Positions 49,003 through 59,841 of a stretch of 64,000 bases of DNA are shown here, one piece after another; within the stretch, counting starts at the first letter, position 1; each line of letters begins with the position of its first letter. The translations under genes were made by a program, and so were the position numbers. Source of the stretch: Armatimonadota bacterium (lineage in GTDB: Bacteria; Armatimonadota; SYMT01). The stretch lies in NCBI GenBank assembly GCA_041690135.1, contig JAWLHY010000002.1:688342-752341 (forward strand), in the 5' to 3' direction. The notes beneath the pieces were generated by a model that was not told where the DNA came from, ran no database searches, and saw only the letters and a list, made by a program, of their open reading frames with translations.

Positions 49003-49120
49003 TCTTTATCTTTATCCTGGTCCTAATCGTAATCCTGGTCCTAGTCCACTCCGAAGCAGCCGCCAGGCGGGTGAGCGTCCTTATCCTTATCCTCCCCTTC
49101 CTTATCCTTATCCTGATCCC
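49003..49120. repeat. Degenerate 6-bp tandem repeats (CTTATC/CTAATC/CTGGTC)
   Basis: Two tracts next to the DMT gene stop. Confidence 0.7.
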
Positions 49121-50133
49121 GGTCCATGCGGCTTCGGCAGGTAGCGGGCGGCCAGGGCGAGGACGATCAACGCACCCCCGGCCAGGGTAGCGGGGGTGGG
49201 GGTTTCCCGGATGACTAGGGCCACCCAGAGGGGGTTGAGCAGGGGCTCCACCAGGGCGAGCAGCCCCGCCTCCACGCTGCCGACCCGCTTGAGACCGTAG
49301 CTGAAGAGCACGTAGGGGGCCGCGATTTGCACGCAGCCCATCAGGACCAGGGCCAGGACCGGCATCCAGAGGGACGCCTCCCCCGATAGGGCGCGCGGAA
49401 TGAGGGTCAACTCCTCGGGCCGCTGAATGAGCAAGACCCCGGCCGCCAGGATTGCGACCCCGCCATTATTAAGCGCCGTGACGGCCACTGGATCGGCGTC
49501 TCGCATCCGCCGCAGCCAGAGCATGAACAGGCCGAACAGCAGGCCGCTCCCCGCCCCCATCAGCAGGGGCAGCCGTTCCGCGCCTCCGGCATTGTTGAAG
49601 TTGCCGAAGAAGAGGACGCCGATCCCGACCATGGCCACCCCGAGCGCCCGCACGTCCGATTTCCGGAACGGCTCGCCGAAGAGCCACGGTCCCAGCACCA
49701 GGGCGTAGAGGGGCGCCGTGTACTGCAGGAAGATAGCGTTCGCCGCCGTAGTGCCCTGGGTGGACGAGATGTACAGGGCCAGCAGGAGCGCATATAGGAT
49801 CACCGCCACGGCCACATCCCGCATCCTGGGAAAGAGGCGTCCCCGCAGGAGCGGGAGCAGGCAGAGCGCGGCGAAGAGGCTGCGGTAGAACGTGATGCCG
49901 AAAGCGCTGGACTGCCACGCCGGATGCGCCGAAAGGCCCTTGATGAAGAGGCCGCCCAGACTCCACAGCACCCCCGCCGCCAACAACGCGAGGCGGTATT
50001 TCAGCAGCGACTCTTCCTCTTCGGTTTCGAGTCCGGTTGGGTGCAATGGAGACAGACCGCGGTGAGTGCGTTCCGCTTCCTCATCTGCGAGAGCGGTAGA
50101 AGGCATAAGTACGCGAGGAAATCGCCACCTCAA
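49108..50133 (-). CDS. EamA/DMT family transporter (start uncertain)
   Basis: LWSLGG, TTAANAIFLQYTAP, LVEPLLNPLWV; about ten TMs. Confidence 0.9.
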   Translation of the reverse strand: MRWRFPRVLMPSTALADEEAERTHRGLSPLHPTGLETEEEESLLKYRLALLAAGVLWSLGGLFIKGLSAHPAWQSSAFGITFYRSLFAALCLLPLLRGRLFPRMRDVAVAVILYALLLALYISSTQGTTAANAIFLQYTAPLYALVLGPWLFGEPFRKSDVRALGVAMVGIGVLFFGNFNNAGGAERLPLLMGAGSGLLFGLFMLWLRRMRDADPVAVTALNNGGVAILAAGVLLIQRPEELTLIPRALSGEASLWMPVLALVLMGCVQIAAPYVLFSYGLKRVGSVEAGLLALVEPLLNPLWVALVIRETPTPATLAGGALIVLALAARYLPKPHGPGSG

Positions 50134-51941
50134 AGTTCCTGCCAGTGGGAACCGGTATAGATAAACCGCACGAAGTCGCCGCTTGCAGGGGTGCGACCGT
50201 CCCCACTTCCGTCCGTGGACCGCAGTCGGAGGTGGCGGTTATGGGCAATGCGGCGCGTCCCGTTAGCCGTAAAGGTCACTTCCTTGCCGGGGTATTTCCC
50301 TTCCAGATCTGCGATCACAACGTTCTCGTCCGCGCGCATCAGGTAATGATTGCCGCGGAAGACCCCCGGCGAGGCGGTGTTGTCCAGTACACCGGCTGCT
50401 CTTGGAAAGATCTCCCCACGCAGGTCGATGACCTTGCGGTAAGCGGGATTACCGTTCTGGTCATCCAACACCCACGGATTGAGCTTCTCACTCCCCTCCA
50501 CGGACCAACCGGTGCCGTGCGAAATGACGTGGCGGGCGACGGGTCCCACGTACGCCCGGGGGCGATACGGGAGCCCTCCGCCGCCGAAGGTGAGGCCCTG
50601 CAGGTGCAACGTCCCCCAGTATGCCTCGATGACGTAATTGCCGTCCGAGGGATGTGGACCCTTGCCGTCCCAACGGGCATCGTCCTCTTCCTCGTAAATT
50701 CGGTTGCAGTCGAAGCGGTTGTGGCCGGTCACCGAGATCCGGCTTTGAGCGTCCGCATTCCACGCGCGGCCCACGCGTAGAAAGGCGCGGGAGTCTTCGG
50801 AAGTGGTGTTGTGGATGTTGTAGCCTTCGCTGGGCGTGTAGAGCAGGTAGTTGGCCCGGCGCGAGTAACCGATGCCGCCGCCCTCGTGGCGGAAGCTGCC
50901 GTCCAGGCAACGAATCCCGAACGGCATCACCCGGGGATACCGGGTAACTTTGGCACCGGTCGCGTCCCGGGCCGTATACGGCGCATCGAAGTTGCTGGCT
51001 CCGTTTACGCCCCATTGGCGGAACCAATGCGTGAGGGACTGCGAGTGCTCAATGCTGGCGCCCGCCCGCGAGCAGTTGAGCACGCCACAGTGCTCCACGG
51101 AGGAGAGATCGTTGTTGGCGTCGTGATAGCGAATGGCGCGCCCATCCGCCAGGACGGTGCGCTTCTTCTCCAGGGTGCTGCCCTGGCTGCCCGCGGCCAC
51201 CGGAAGGCCGGATCGGTCGTCGATGGTGTAATCGATGGGTCCTACCCACTGCCAACCGAAGTGGAGACCGTACTCCCGGGTGCCGTCCGCATAGCAACGG
51301 CGGAAGTTTACGGCACTGGCGGAGACCTCCGCCTCACCGGGCAGCGTGCCGATGTTCGCCATCTGGAAGATGCAGTCCAACGGCCGATCCCGGCTGGTGG
51401 CGACATACAAGTTTTCGACGAGGGTGTCCGCGCAGCTTCCAAAGAAGAAGAGGGGGGTGATCGCGTCCGCAGTGCGGGACGCGAGACTGCCGCTGCCGAA
51501 GTAAGACGGCCCCTTCCAGGAAATGCGGACTCCGTAAGGGGTTTCACCACTGATGGTGAGCCCCTTCATGCTGATGATGTCGATAGGCCCGTCGGCCCGG
51601 TAGCTGCCCCGGGGAAGAAGGATGCGCGCGTCCCACACGCCGTACCCGTGCGCCCGGCGATTGGCCTTAATATCCCGGAGGATGCTCTTCATCACCTGCG
51701 TGAAGTTGGTCATCATCCCACCGGAGTCGTACGTGGCACCCCAACGCGCATCCCGGACGTTGTAGGGGCCGGATTTCGCTGCCTGGGCGGAAGGTGCCCG
51801 CTCGACCGGTTCTCCGGCGCTGGGCGTACCTGATAGAAGCCAGAGGTGGCCCAGCAGTACCACGGCTCCCCAGCGGCTGATCCTGCGAGTCAAACTGGAA
51901 GCTCCATTTCTGCTTACGGGATCGGGTTTGGCCGTCTCCAC
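50130..51941 (-). CDS. Secreted right-handed beta-helix (pectin lyase/tailspike-like) protein
   Basis: Signal-like segment; YNVRD..WGA...ILLPRGSY, resembling the pectate_lyase_3 N-terminus. Confidence 0.55.
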   Translation of the reverse strand: METAKPDPVSRNGASSLTRRISRWGAVVLLGHLWLLSGTPSAGEPVERAPSAQAAKSGPYNVRDARWGATYDSGGMMTNFTQVMKSILRDIKANRRAHGYGVWDARILLPRGSYRADGPIDIISMKGLTISGETPYGVRISWKGPSYFGSGSLASRTADAITPLFFFGSCADTLVENLYVATSRDRPLDCIFQMANIGTLPGEAEVSASAVNFRRCYADGTREYGLHFGWQWVGPIDYTIDDRSGLPVAAGSQGSTLEKKRTVLADGRAIRYHDANNDLSSVEHCGVLNCSRAGASIEHSQSLTHWFRQWGVNGASNFDAPYTARDATGAKVTRYPRVMPFGIRCLDGSFRHEGGGIGYSRRANYLLYTPSEGYNIHNTTSEDSRAFLRVGRAWNADAQSRISVTGHNRFDCNRIYEEEDDARWDGKGPHPSDGNYVIEAYWGTLHLQGLTFGGGGLPYRPRAYVGPVARHVISHGTGWSVEGSEKLNPWVLDDQNGNPAYRKVIDLRGEIFPRAAGVLDNTASPGVFRGNHYLMRADENVVIADLEGKYPGKEVTFTANGTRRIAHNRHLRLRSTDGSGDGRTPASGDFVRFIYTGSHWQEL

Positions 51942-52270
51942 ACGGGCCGGGGCTCTGCCCCGGTGCGAAAACTATATCCCGACCGCGCAACCCTAGCAGT
52001 ACCTTGCTTGTCGCGTGGAGCATAGCCGTACATTGTCCCGGTCAAAGGCCGCGTCAAAGCCTGCGTCGGCTGTCAAATGTGGTGCCCCGGTTAAAATAGG
52101 GAACGCTCTATTTCCCTCGCCGTGTCCTTAACAGTATCCCAATGCCGCTCCGGTTTTGGCCCATTTCGGCGCGGGGATGAACGGGTGGTCCGCTGTGGAG
52201 CGGCCCGTGGGGTGGGGCAAATTCACTGCGGAGTGTTAGGGAGATCGGCCGGCTGGATGAATACCGAACG

Positions 52271-54176
52271 CATGGGAAGGATGTGGCGAGCCATTCGCCG
52301 CCATCCGCGTTATCTTGTTCCGCTTCTGGGAGTAATCCTGGTGGTCCTGGGGCTCGGCACGCACCGCCTGATTATCGGACAGGCGGATAGCAGCGGCCCG
52401 GCTCCGGTGGCCGGGGCCGCGCGTGCCTCTCTGCCGACGGTGGATGTGGTCCTGGCGCGAGAGGGATCGCTGCGCTCGGAGTTGGAGTACACGGGTAGCA
52501 CCCGCGCGACCCGGGAGGTGGCGCTGCGGGCGCGGACGGAAGGACGCCTGCTCGACTTGACCCTGGACGTGGGCGACCCGGTACGCCAGGGCCAGGTAGT
52601 TGCCCGCCTGGATGATGTGCTTCTACGCAACAGTCTCCGGCAGGCGGAAGCGGAATTGGACAGCCGCCGGTCGGAAGTGATGGCCGCCCGCAACCGGGTC
52701 TCCGAAGCACGGACTCAGGTGGAGCAGGCGCGCCTGGATCTTCACCAGAAGCGTAGCGATTTCGACCGTGTGTGGCGGTTGTGGGGCCAGGGGTTCGAAT
52801 CCCGGCAGGCGGCGGAACAGGCAAAGACGGCCACACGGATCGCCGAGCAGGTGGTGCGCTCGCAGGAAGAGCAGGTGCGCAACCTGCAGTCGGCGGTTTC
52901 CGCGGCGACCTCACGGGTGGCGGCCCAGGAAGCCGTGGTCCGGCAGGAGCGGGAACGGCTTTCGTATTCCGTGGTCAAAGCCCCCATCACCGGGTTCGTA
53001 ACAGCCCGCCTGGTCGACACCGGAGACCTGATCGGTGCGGGCGGTGAGATCGTGCGCATCGGGGACTTCCGGCTCGTGCAGGTCGACGTGGAGGTAAGCG
53101 ACCTGGAACTCGCCCAGGTGAGCGTGGGCCAGCCGGCCCGGGTGCGGTTCGACGCGGTCGCGGAGCGTGAATTCGTGGGACGCGTGGATCGTATCTCGCC
53201 CCAGGCCGACCCGCTCTCCCGTCTCATACCGGTCACGGTAACCGTGGAGAACCCGGATGGGCGCGTGGGCGCCGGTCTCCTGGCGCGGGTGCGGTTCGGC
53301 GCCACGGGAGAGCCGCGTGTGCTCATTCCGGAATCGGCTCTCACCGTGGCCCGTGGCCGCCGGGCGGGTGCGGCAACTTCGGAGAGGACGGCCCGCGACG
53401 AGCCCCAGGCGACCACTGTCTTCGTGGCGGCGGCTCCGGATCCGCTGGAAGCGCCTCTCGGTGCTGCTCCGGGAACGCCAAACGCAGAGACCCGGACTCC
53501 GGAACCGGAAGCTGCCGGATCTCCGTTGGCGGTGACCCGCCAGCAGCTAACGGTCCAGGGGCGGCCGGTAGTGATTGGTACCCGGGCGGACGGGCAGGTC
53601 GAGGTATTGAGCGGGCTGCGTCCCGGCGACCGGGTGATCTCTCGCAGCAGTCGCCCGCTGAAGGTGGGGGATACCGTTCTCCCCAGCATCCTCTCCGCGG
53701 AGGCTCTGGCAGAGAGTGCGCCGCCGCCCGCGACCTCTCGCCCGGGTGGGGTTCTACCGCCGCCACCTTCACAGCTTCCGCGCGGGTCGGGCGCACCGAG
53801 TTCCACCAGCACCGGCGTGGGGGCGATCGGCGGGGCCGGCGGTGCTCGCGGCGGCTCCACGGGGAGCCGCTCGACGGGAGTTCTTTCCCCGGGCGGAGGC
53901 GCCACTGCCGGTGGGATGCGAGGGGGTTCCTCGTCCGGCTCGCGTCCTTCCGTCTCCGGCATGAACCAGCGTACCGGTCTCCCGAGCTTGCCGGCGCCGA
54001 CCCAGGGGATCGGTTCGGAACTCTCCGGCGCGGGTCGTGGCTTCGGCGGCTCCAACGGCGCGCGCGGGGTGCAGAATGGAACGGCAGGAAGCTTTTCCGG
54101 TGGTCGCTCCGGCGCACCTGGTGGAGTGTCGGGAAGTGGCGCCACCGGGAGCTTCGGACAGGGCGGTAGCCGATGA
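52271..54176 (+). CDS. RND efflux periplasmic adaptor with long Gly/Ser-rich tail
   Basis: N-terminal TM, DVGDPV..GQ.VARLD, coiled coil, APITG.V, VEVLSGL.PGD; start approximate. Confidence 0.92.
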
Positions 54177-57100
54177 GCGACGCGGAACGGAACGAAGGCC
54201 GCAGGAGCCATCGCCAGCGCGTGCGGCGCGTCACCCAGCGGGTGGCGGCGGTCCGGGCCGGCTTGAGTAGCCTCGCCATCCGGAGACCGGTCGGCACGCT
54301 GATGCTGACGCTCACGCTGATGGTCCTGGGCCTGTTCTACCTCTTCCGGCTGAACGTCGACCTGCTGCCCTCCATCACCTACCCGCGGATCGGAGTCCGG
54401 ATCTCCGCGCCCGGTGTCGCCCCGGAAGTGGCGGTGGAGGAGATCACGCGTCCCCTCGAGGAGGCGCTGTCCGCTACCGAGGGTGTGACCCAGGTCTTCT
54501 CGCAGACGCGCGAGGGGCAGGCCAGCGTCGACCTCTACTTCCATCCGGGCAGCGACATCGACCAAGCCCTGAACGACGCGACGGCCGCAGTGAACCGCGC
54601 TCGGGGCAGCCTCCCGGATACGGTGGAGCAACCGCGACTGTTCAAAGTCGATCCTTCCCAGTTACCGGTGATGGAGTTCGCGCTGACCTCGCCGCAGTTG
54701 GAGGGGAAGGAGCTCCGGGTCTTCGCGGAGGAGGAGTTGGCCCGGGAACTGGCGGTGGTGCCCGGCGTGGCCTCCGTCGATGTATCCGGGGGCGAGCGAG
54801 AAGAGGTGCAGGTCAACATCGACCTGGATCGGCTCCAGGCGGTGGGAGTGGGGCTCAGCCAGGTGCTGGCGACCCTGCGGGCCGAGAACCAGGACGTTTC
54901 GGGCGGCCGGCTGGAGGGGCAGCGTTCGGAGTCGCTGACCCGCACCGTAGGCCGTTTCCGCAGCGCCCTGGAGATCGAGAACCTCTCTTTTCCCGTAGAG
55001 AGTGCCGGCACGGCGACCGGCTTCGGCCGGCAGCGCGTGTACCTGCGGGAGTTCGCCACCGTCGTGGACGGGACAGAGGACCAGCGGGTCTTCGTGACTC
55101 TCAACCGCAACCCGGCGGTGAAGGTGAGTATTCAGAAGCAGCCGGAAGCCAACACGGTGGAAGTGGTGCGCGCGGTGCAGGTGCGCATCGCCGCCCTGCG
55201 CACCTCCGGCCTGATTCCCGAGGGCGCGGAACTGGTGACGACGCTGGACGAGGCGCGTTTCATTAACCGCTCGATCCAGGACGTGGCCTATTCCGCCCTG
55301 ATCGGGGCGCTACTGGCGGGCGGAGCCGTGCTGCTCTTCCTCGGATCGGTACGCCAGACGCTGATTGTGATCCTGGCGATCCCCGTCGGCAGCCTGATCG
55401 CCGTCGTGTTGATGGGGCTGTTTGGGCTCTCCATCAACCTCTTCAGCCTGGGCGGACTGGCGGTGGGCATCGGCGCGGTGGATAGCTGTATCGTGGTCCT
55501 CGAAAACATCGTGCGGGGGAGTGCCGAGCGACGGGCGGCCCTCGATACAGAGGCTGCGGCGGACCCCACCCTGCCGGACGGGGCGGCGCTGGGCCCGGAG
55601 CGGCTGGAACAGGTCTCCATCGAACGCGCGGGCGAGCTGGAGTCGGCACTCGTCGCGTCCACGACCACGAACCTGATGGCGGTGCTGCCGTTCCTCTTGA
55701 TCGGCGGCTTCGTCGCCCTGCTCTTCAACGAGTTGATCCTCACCGTCGCGTTCACGGTGGCCGCCGCGCTGCTGACCTCGCTTACCCTGGTCCCCACCGT
55801 CGCCTCCCGCCTCCTGGCGATTCCGCGCAGCAGCGGGTTGAAGGACTGGGCGCCGGTCCGTGCCTTCAACCGCGGGTTCGAGCGAGTCTCCAACGGGTAC
55901 GGTCAGGCGCTCCGCCTAGCCCTGGACCACCGCGGGTTGTTGCTGCTGGCGGCCTTCGGCGGGTTGGGGGCGGTCACCCTGCTGCTGTTCCCGCGGATTC
56001 CGACGGAGATCCTGCCGCGGATGGGCACGGGGCAGGCCCGACTGATCGCGCAGCTCCCACCGGGAACGCCGCTGGAGACGAGCCGCCGGATCATGGAGGT
56101 CGTGGACGACATCCTGCTGGCGCAGCCGGAGACGCGGTATGCCTTCACCACGGTTGGAGGCTTCCTTTTCGGCAGCAACACCTCCGAGAATCCGCTGCGG
56201 GCCTCGACCACCCTCACGCTGGCCGAGGGAACGGACGTGGAAGCCTATGTCGCGCGGGTAAACCGGGAGATGGCCCGGTTGAACCTGGTGGACGTCCGCC
56301 TGCGCCTCGCGCCCGAGCAGATACGCGGCCTGATCACCAGCAATAGCCCGGTGCGTGGCGCCGAGATCGACGTGATCCTGCAGGGGACCGACGACCGCCT
56401 CCTGGAAGAGGGGGGCCGGCAACTCCTGGCCGCGCTCGATGCCCAGGCCAAGCTTTCCGAGTTTCGACCGGATGCCGACCCGGTGCAGCCGGAGGTGCAG
56501 ATCCGGCGGGACCGGGAGCGCGCCGCCGCCCTGGGTCTCTCCTCGCAGGTGATCGGGGAAACGATCGCCACGGCGGTGGAAGGAAGCATTCCGACCCAGC
56601 TCCAGCGGGGAGAGCGCCTCATCGACGTGCGAGTTCGGTTGAACCCCGAGGCGATCCGCAGCACGGCCCAACTGGCGCGCCTGCCGCTGTTCGTGGGCGG
56701 AGGACGCCAGGTCCGGCTATCCGACGTGGCGACCCTGGAGAGCGGCCGGACGTCGGGGCAGATCCAGCGGATCAACCAGCGCGACGTCTTCGTCCTCGCC
56801 GGCAACCTGACGGAGGGCGCCAGCCTGGGAGAGGCGTTGGCGGAAGTGGAGCGCATCGTGCGCCAGGTGGAGCTGCCACCGGGAGTGACGGTGCTGCCCT
56901 CCACGGCGGCCCAGAGCAGCCGCGAGCTTCAGTCTTCCCTGCTCCTGCTGGGTGGTTTGGGAATCTTCCTGGTCTTCACGATCATGGCTGTCCAGTACGA
57001 CTCCCTCATCGACCCGCTGGTGATCTTGTTCACCGTGCCGCTGGCGTTGGCCGGCGGGGTGATCGGCCTCTGGCTCACCGGCACGCCCCTGGGCGCGACC

Positions 57101-57523
57101 GTGCTGATCGGGGTGGTGCTGCTGATCGGCGTCATCGTGGGCAACGGCATCATCCTGGTGGAGCTGGCCAACCAGATCCGGGAGCGAGACGGTATCGACC
57201 GCCGGGAAGCGATGCTCCTGGCGGCGCCCGCCCGCCTCCGCCCGATCACCATGACCACCGTCATTGCGGTGCTCGGCCTGTTGCCGCTGGCGCTGGGCTA
57301 CGGCGAGGGCACGGAACTGCTGCAGCCGCTGGGGATCACCGTGTTTGCCGGTCTTTCCCTGGGCACCGTGTTGACCCTGTTCGTGGTGCCGTCGCTCTAT
57401 CTGACCCTCCACGATCTGTTCCGCTGGAATCCCTTCGCGGGGCGGGAAGGCGGCGAGGTAGTTGCCGGGTCGTCCGTGGGCGCGGATAAGCCAAGGGTCT
57501 CCGCGCCCACCGGCGCGGAGTAG
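54173..57523 (+). CDS. RND efflux permease (AcrB/AcrD/AcrF family)
   Basis: AIRRPV, VDLLP, PLEEAL, RLRPITMT, LQPLG...GL. Confidence 0.96.
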   Translation: MSDAERNEGRRSHRQRVRRVTQRVAAVRAGLSSLAIRRPVGTLMLTLTLMVLGLFYLFRLNVDLLPSITYPRIGVRISAPGVAPEVAVEEITRPLEEALSATEGVTQVFSQTREGQASVDLYFHPGSDIDQALNDATAAVNRARGSLPDTVEQPRLFKVDPSQLPVMEFALTSPQLEGKELRVFAEEELARELAVVPGVASVDVSGGEREEVQVNIDLDRLQAVGVGLSQVLATLRAENQDVSGGRLEGQRSESLTRTVGRFRSALEIENLSFPVESAGTATGFGRQRVYLREFATVVDGTEDQRVFVTLNRNPAVKVSIQKQPEANTVEVVRAVQVRIAALRTSGLIPEGAELVTTLDEARFINRSIQDVAYSALIGALLAGGAVLLFLGSVRQTLIVILAIPVGSLIAVVLMGLFGLSINLFSLGGLAVGIGAVDSCIVVLENIVRGSAERRAALDTEAAADPTLPDGAALGPERLEQVSIERAGELESALVASTTTNLMAVLPFLLIGGFVALLFNELILTVAFTVAAALLTSLTLVPTVASRLLAIPRSSGLKDWAPVRAFNRGFERVSNGYGQALRLALDHRGLLLLAAFGGLGAVTLLLFPRIPTEILPRMGTGQARLIAQLPPGTPLETSRRIMEVVDDILLAQPETRYAFTTVGGFLFGSNTSENPLRASTTLTLAEGTDVEAYVARVNREMARLNLVDVRLRLAPEQIRGLITSNSPVRGAEIDVILQGTDDRLLEEGGRQLLAALDAQAKLSEFRPDADPVQPEVQIRRDRERAAALGLSSQVIGETIATAVEGSIPTQLQRGERLIDVRVRLNPEAIRSTAQLARLPLFVGGGRQVRLSDVATLESGRTSGQIQRINQRDVFVLAGNLTEGASLGEALAEVERIVRQVELPPGVTVLPSTAAQSSRELQSSLLLLGGLGIFLVFTIMAVQYDSLIDPLVILFTVPLALAGGVIGLWLTGTPLGATVLIGVVLLIGVIVGNGIILVELANQIRERDGIDRREAMLLAAPARLRPITMTTVIAVLGLLPLALGYGEGTELLQPLGITVFAGLSLGTVLTLFVVPSLYLTLHDLFRWNPFAGREGGEVVAGSSVGADKPRVSAPTGAE

Positions 57524-57554
57524 TGGGGTGGGGACCGGTCAGACCTGGAGATTA

Positions 57555-57583
57555 TTGCGGCGGAGGCCTAAGCGAAATATAAA
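57555..57583 (+). promoter_or_regulatory. Putative SigA promoter for DUF1559 gene
   Basis: TTGCGG-N17-TATAAA in an AT-rich intergenic region. Confidence 0.45.
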
Positions 57584-57699
57584 AATACAACATCTTGGGG
57601 TCTTGAGTCGCTGTATTCTTGATTTGCAGTGTTGCGCCTGCCGGCTTCGCTCGGCAAGCGGATAGTAAGTCTCACCGCAGAGATATTGGAGATCCCCAC

Positions 57700-58413
57700 A
57701 TGATCGGTCGCCTCAAGGCGCGCGGGTTTACTCTCATCGAGCTTCTCGTTGTAATTGCCATCATAGCAATCCTCGCCGCCATCCTGTTCCCCGTGTTCGC
57801 TCGCGCCCGTGAAGCTGCGCGGGCAAGCTCCTGTCGCAGTAACCTGAAGCAGATCGGCACCGGAATGCTGATGTATGCACAGGATTACGATGAACAGCTC
57901 GGGCACAGCTGGATCAACAGCCCGAACAACAACAGCTGGAAGCACTACCTCCAGCCGTACCTCAAGAACCAGGGCATCTATATCTGCCCCTCTTCACCCA
58001 CCCGGTTCACTCCGAACACCTTTGGATCGAACTACGGTTTCTACACGGCGCTGAACCGGCGAACCCTGGCCGACATCCAGGTTCCCGCGGGTACCGTGAT
58101 GTTCTGCGATTCCTCGAACACCAATAAGCCCGACCCGGCCAACCCGGAGACGTGGACGGAAACGTCGAGCACGGACTGGGAAGTCGGTTACAACCGGGTA
58201 TTCACCGGTACTCCTCCCGGAGGCTGCTGCAGCGGCGACACGAACCGTCTCGCTATTGGGCGACATAGCGGCATGTGCAACGTGGCCTACGCCGATGGGC
58301 ATGTGAAGGCGGTGCAGATCAAGCGGCTGCTCGGGCTGCAGGGACCGTGGGCTAACGGCCAGGCGAACGGCTATCCGGTCCAGCACCCGGACAACGAGTG
58401 GGATAACTACTAG
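57700..58413 (+). CDS. DUF1559 prepilin-type N-terminal cleavage/methylation protein with H-X9-DG motif
   Basis: [37 protein letters not shown]; [16 protein letters not shown]. Confidence 0.96.
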   Translation: MIGRLKARGFTLIELLVVIAIIAILAAILFPVFARAREAARASSCRSNLKQIGTGMLMYAQDYDEQLGHSWINSPNNNSWKHYLQPYLKNQGIYICPSSPTRFTPNTFGSNYGFYTALNRRTLADIQVPAGTVMFCDSSNTNKPDPANPETWTETSSTDWEVGYNRVFTGTPPGGCCSGDTNRLAIGRHSGMCNVAYADGHVKAVQIKRLLGLQGPWANGQANGYPVQHPDNEWDNY

Positions 58414-58455
58414 AGCCCAGCGACCCCGCAGTCTTGTGCTGCGGTTCCGGTTAGC

Positions 58456-58491
58456 GCTAGTGGCCGCTCCTGTAAAGGGGCGGCCACTGGC
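58456..58491 (+). terminator. Hairpin after DUF1559 gene
   Basis: GCTAGTGGCCGCTCCT-gtaa-AGGGGCGGCCACTGGC; weak U tract. Confidence 0.6.
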
Positions 58492-58548
58492 ACTTAGCTT
58501 AGATGTTGCTCGAATTCGAAAGCGCCGCTTTGCGTATACCGGACTGGT

Positions 58549-59841
58549 ATGCCACCCTTTCGCGACAAGCCGAAGAGCCCCAAGCTGCCACTGGGCACCT
58601 CCGTATCCGTATCTCCCGTTCCGGCGACCCGGACGCGACGCCTGACCGTGTTGGGGTTTACCCTGGTCATCCTTTTAGCGGGAGCCGTGTGGGTCAACGC
58701 GGAGTCATTCCTTCGCTGGCAGTATTCACGCTGGAGCCCGGACCAACTGCTCTCCGCTTCTCTTCGGAAGCCGGAGGACCGGGTCCTCGCGCATGCCACC
58801 GTAGCGCGCCTGCTCGAAGCGGGTCGCGCCGAGGATGCACAGAAAGTGATCCTCTCACTGGCGGAAAGAGATCCGAGTGATGTGACCAGCAGTCTCCTCG
58901 CGGCACGTGCCCTGTGGCGGTCGGGCGAGCCGGACCGGGCCGGCCCCTACTTCGACCGCATCCTGAAGGCGGCACCCGCAAACGCGGAAGTGAGGTACTG
59001 GGCTGCGGAGTTCCTTTACTTCCGGGGTTATGCCGAAGCTGCCGAGGAGCTGTTGAAAGAAGTGATCGAGCTGGATCCCAAGCGCGGTGCGGCCTGGCTC
59101 CGGTTGGGAGAGATCGCCCTCAATGATGAGCACTACGCCGAGGCATTGAGGCAGTTGGACCGCGCGGAGAAGTTGGCCCCTAGTGGCGAAGTCGCCCGCG
59201 TCCGCGCACGCGCTCTCAAGAACCTCGGTCGTGTGCCCGAAGCGGAAGCCGCTGCCCGCGCGGCGGTGTTGCGGGAGCCGACAACGACGTCCTATGCCGA
59301 GTTGGGTGAACTGCTGCAGTTCATTGGGGGAGAAGAGAAACTCCGGGAGGCGCAGACGTTCTTCCTACGCTCCCTGGATCAAGATCCGACCGCAGTAGAC
59401 ACGATGAAGTTGCTGGGGATCAACTACCGGATGCTGGGGGATCACCGCGCTGCGATCCGGATCCTGCGCCGGGCACTCCGCGCGGCTCCAGCCATGTCGG
59501 AGGGCTATCTCTTGCTGGGACAGTCTTACCAGTCGCTGGGAGATGTTCAACGGGCCCGGCGCTGCCTGCTGATCTATGATCGTCTGGAGCCCCTGGAGAC
59601 CCGCGTGAACGCCGCTCTCTACGCCGCTAACATTAGCCGTGGCTCGCTTCCTCACCAGATCCGCCTGGTTCGAGCGTACTTGCAAGCCGGGCGACAGGAC
59701 CTGGCCCGGGAGACTTTGGAGCGCGTCCGTCGCAAGCATCCGGAGGACCCTGCGATCGCCCGGCTGCTCCGGGAAGCGGAAGGTCCGCCGACCCTCCACA
59801 TTGAGCCGCTGCCAGCGGACCCGGAGCACGACTCACTATGA
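58549..59841 (+). CDS. Membrane-anchored TPR protein
   Basis: N-terminal TM followed by TPR repeats. Confidence 0.85.
   Translation: MPPFRDKPKSPKLPLGTSVSVSPVPATRTRRLTVLGFTLVILLAGAVWVNAESFLRWQYSRWSPDQLLSASLRKPEDRVLAHATVARLLEAGRAEDAQKVILSLAERDPSDVTSSLLAARALWRSGEPDRAGPYFDRILKAAPANAEVRYWAAEFLYFRGYAEAAEELLKEVIELDPKRGAAWLRLGEIALNDEHYAEALRQLDRAEKLAPSGEVARVRARALKNLGRVPEAEAAARAAVLREPTTTSYAELGELLQFIGGEEKLREAQTFFLRSLDQDPTAVDTMKLLGINYRMLGDHRAAIRILRRALRAAPAMSEGYLLLGQSYQSLGDVQRARRCLLIYDRLEPLETRVNAALYAANISRGSLPHQIRLVRAYLQAGRQDLARETLERVRRKHPEDPAIARLLREAEGPPTLHIEPLPADPEHDSL

Noticed and set aside
57585-57600. NrdR-box-like sequence ATACAACATCTTGGGG
   Set aside because: Single imperfect copy with no nucleotide-reduction gene downstream.
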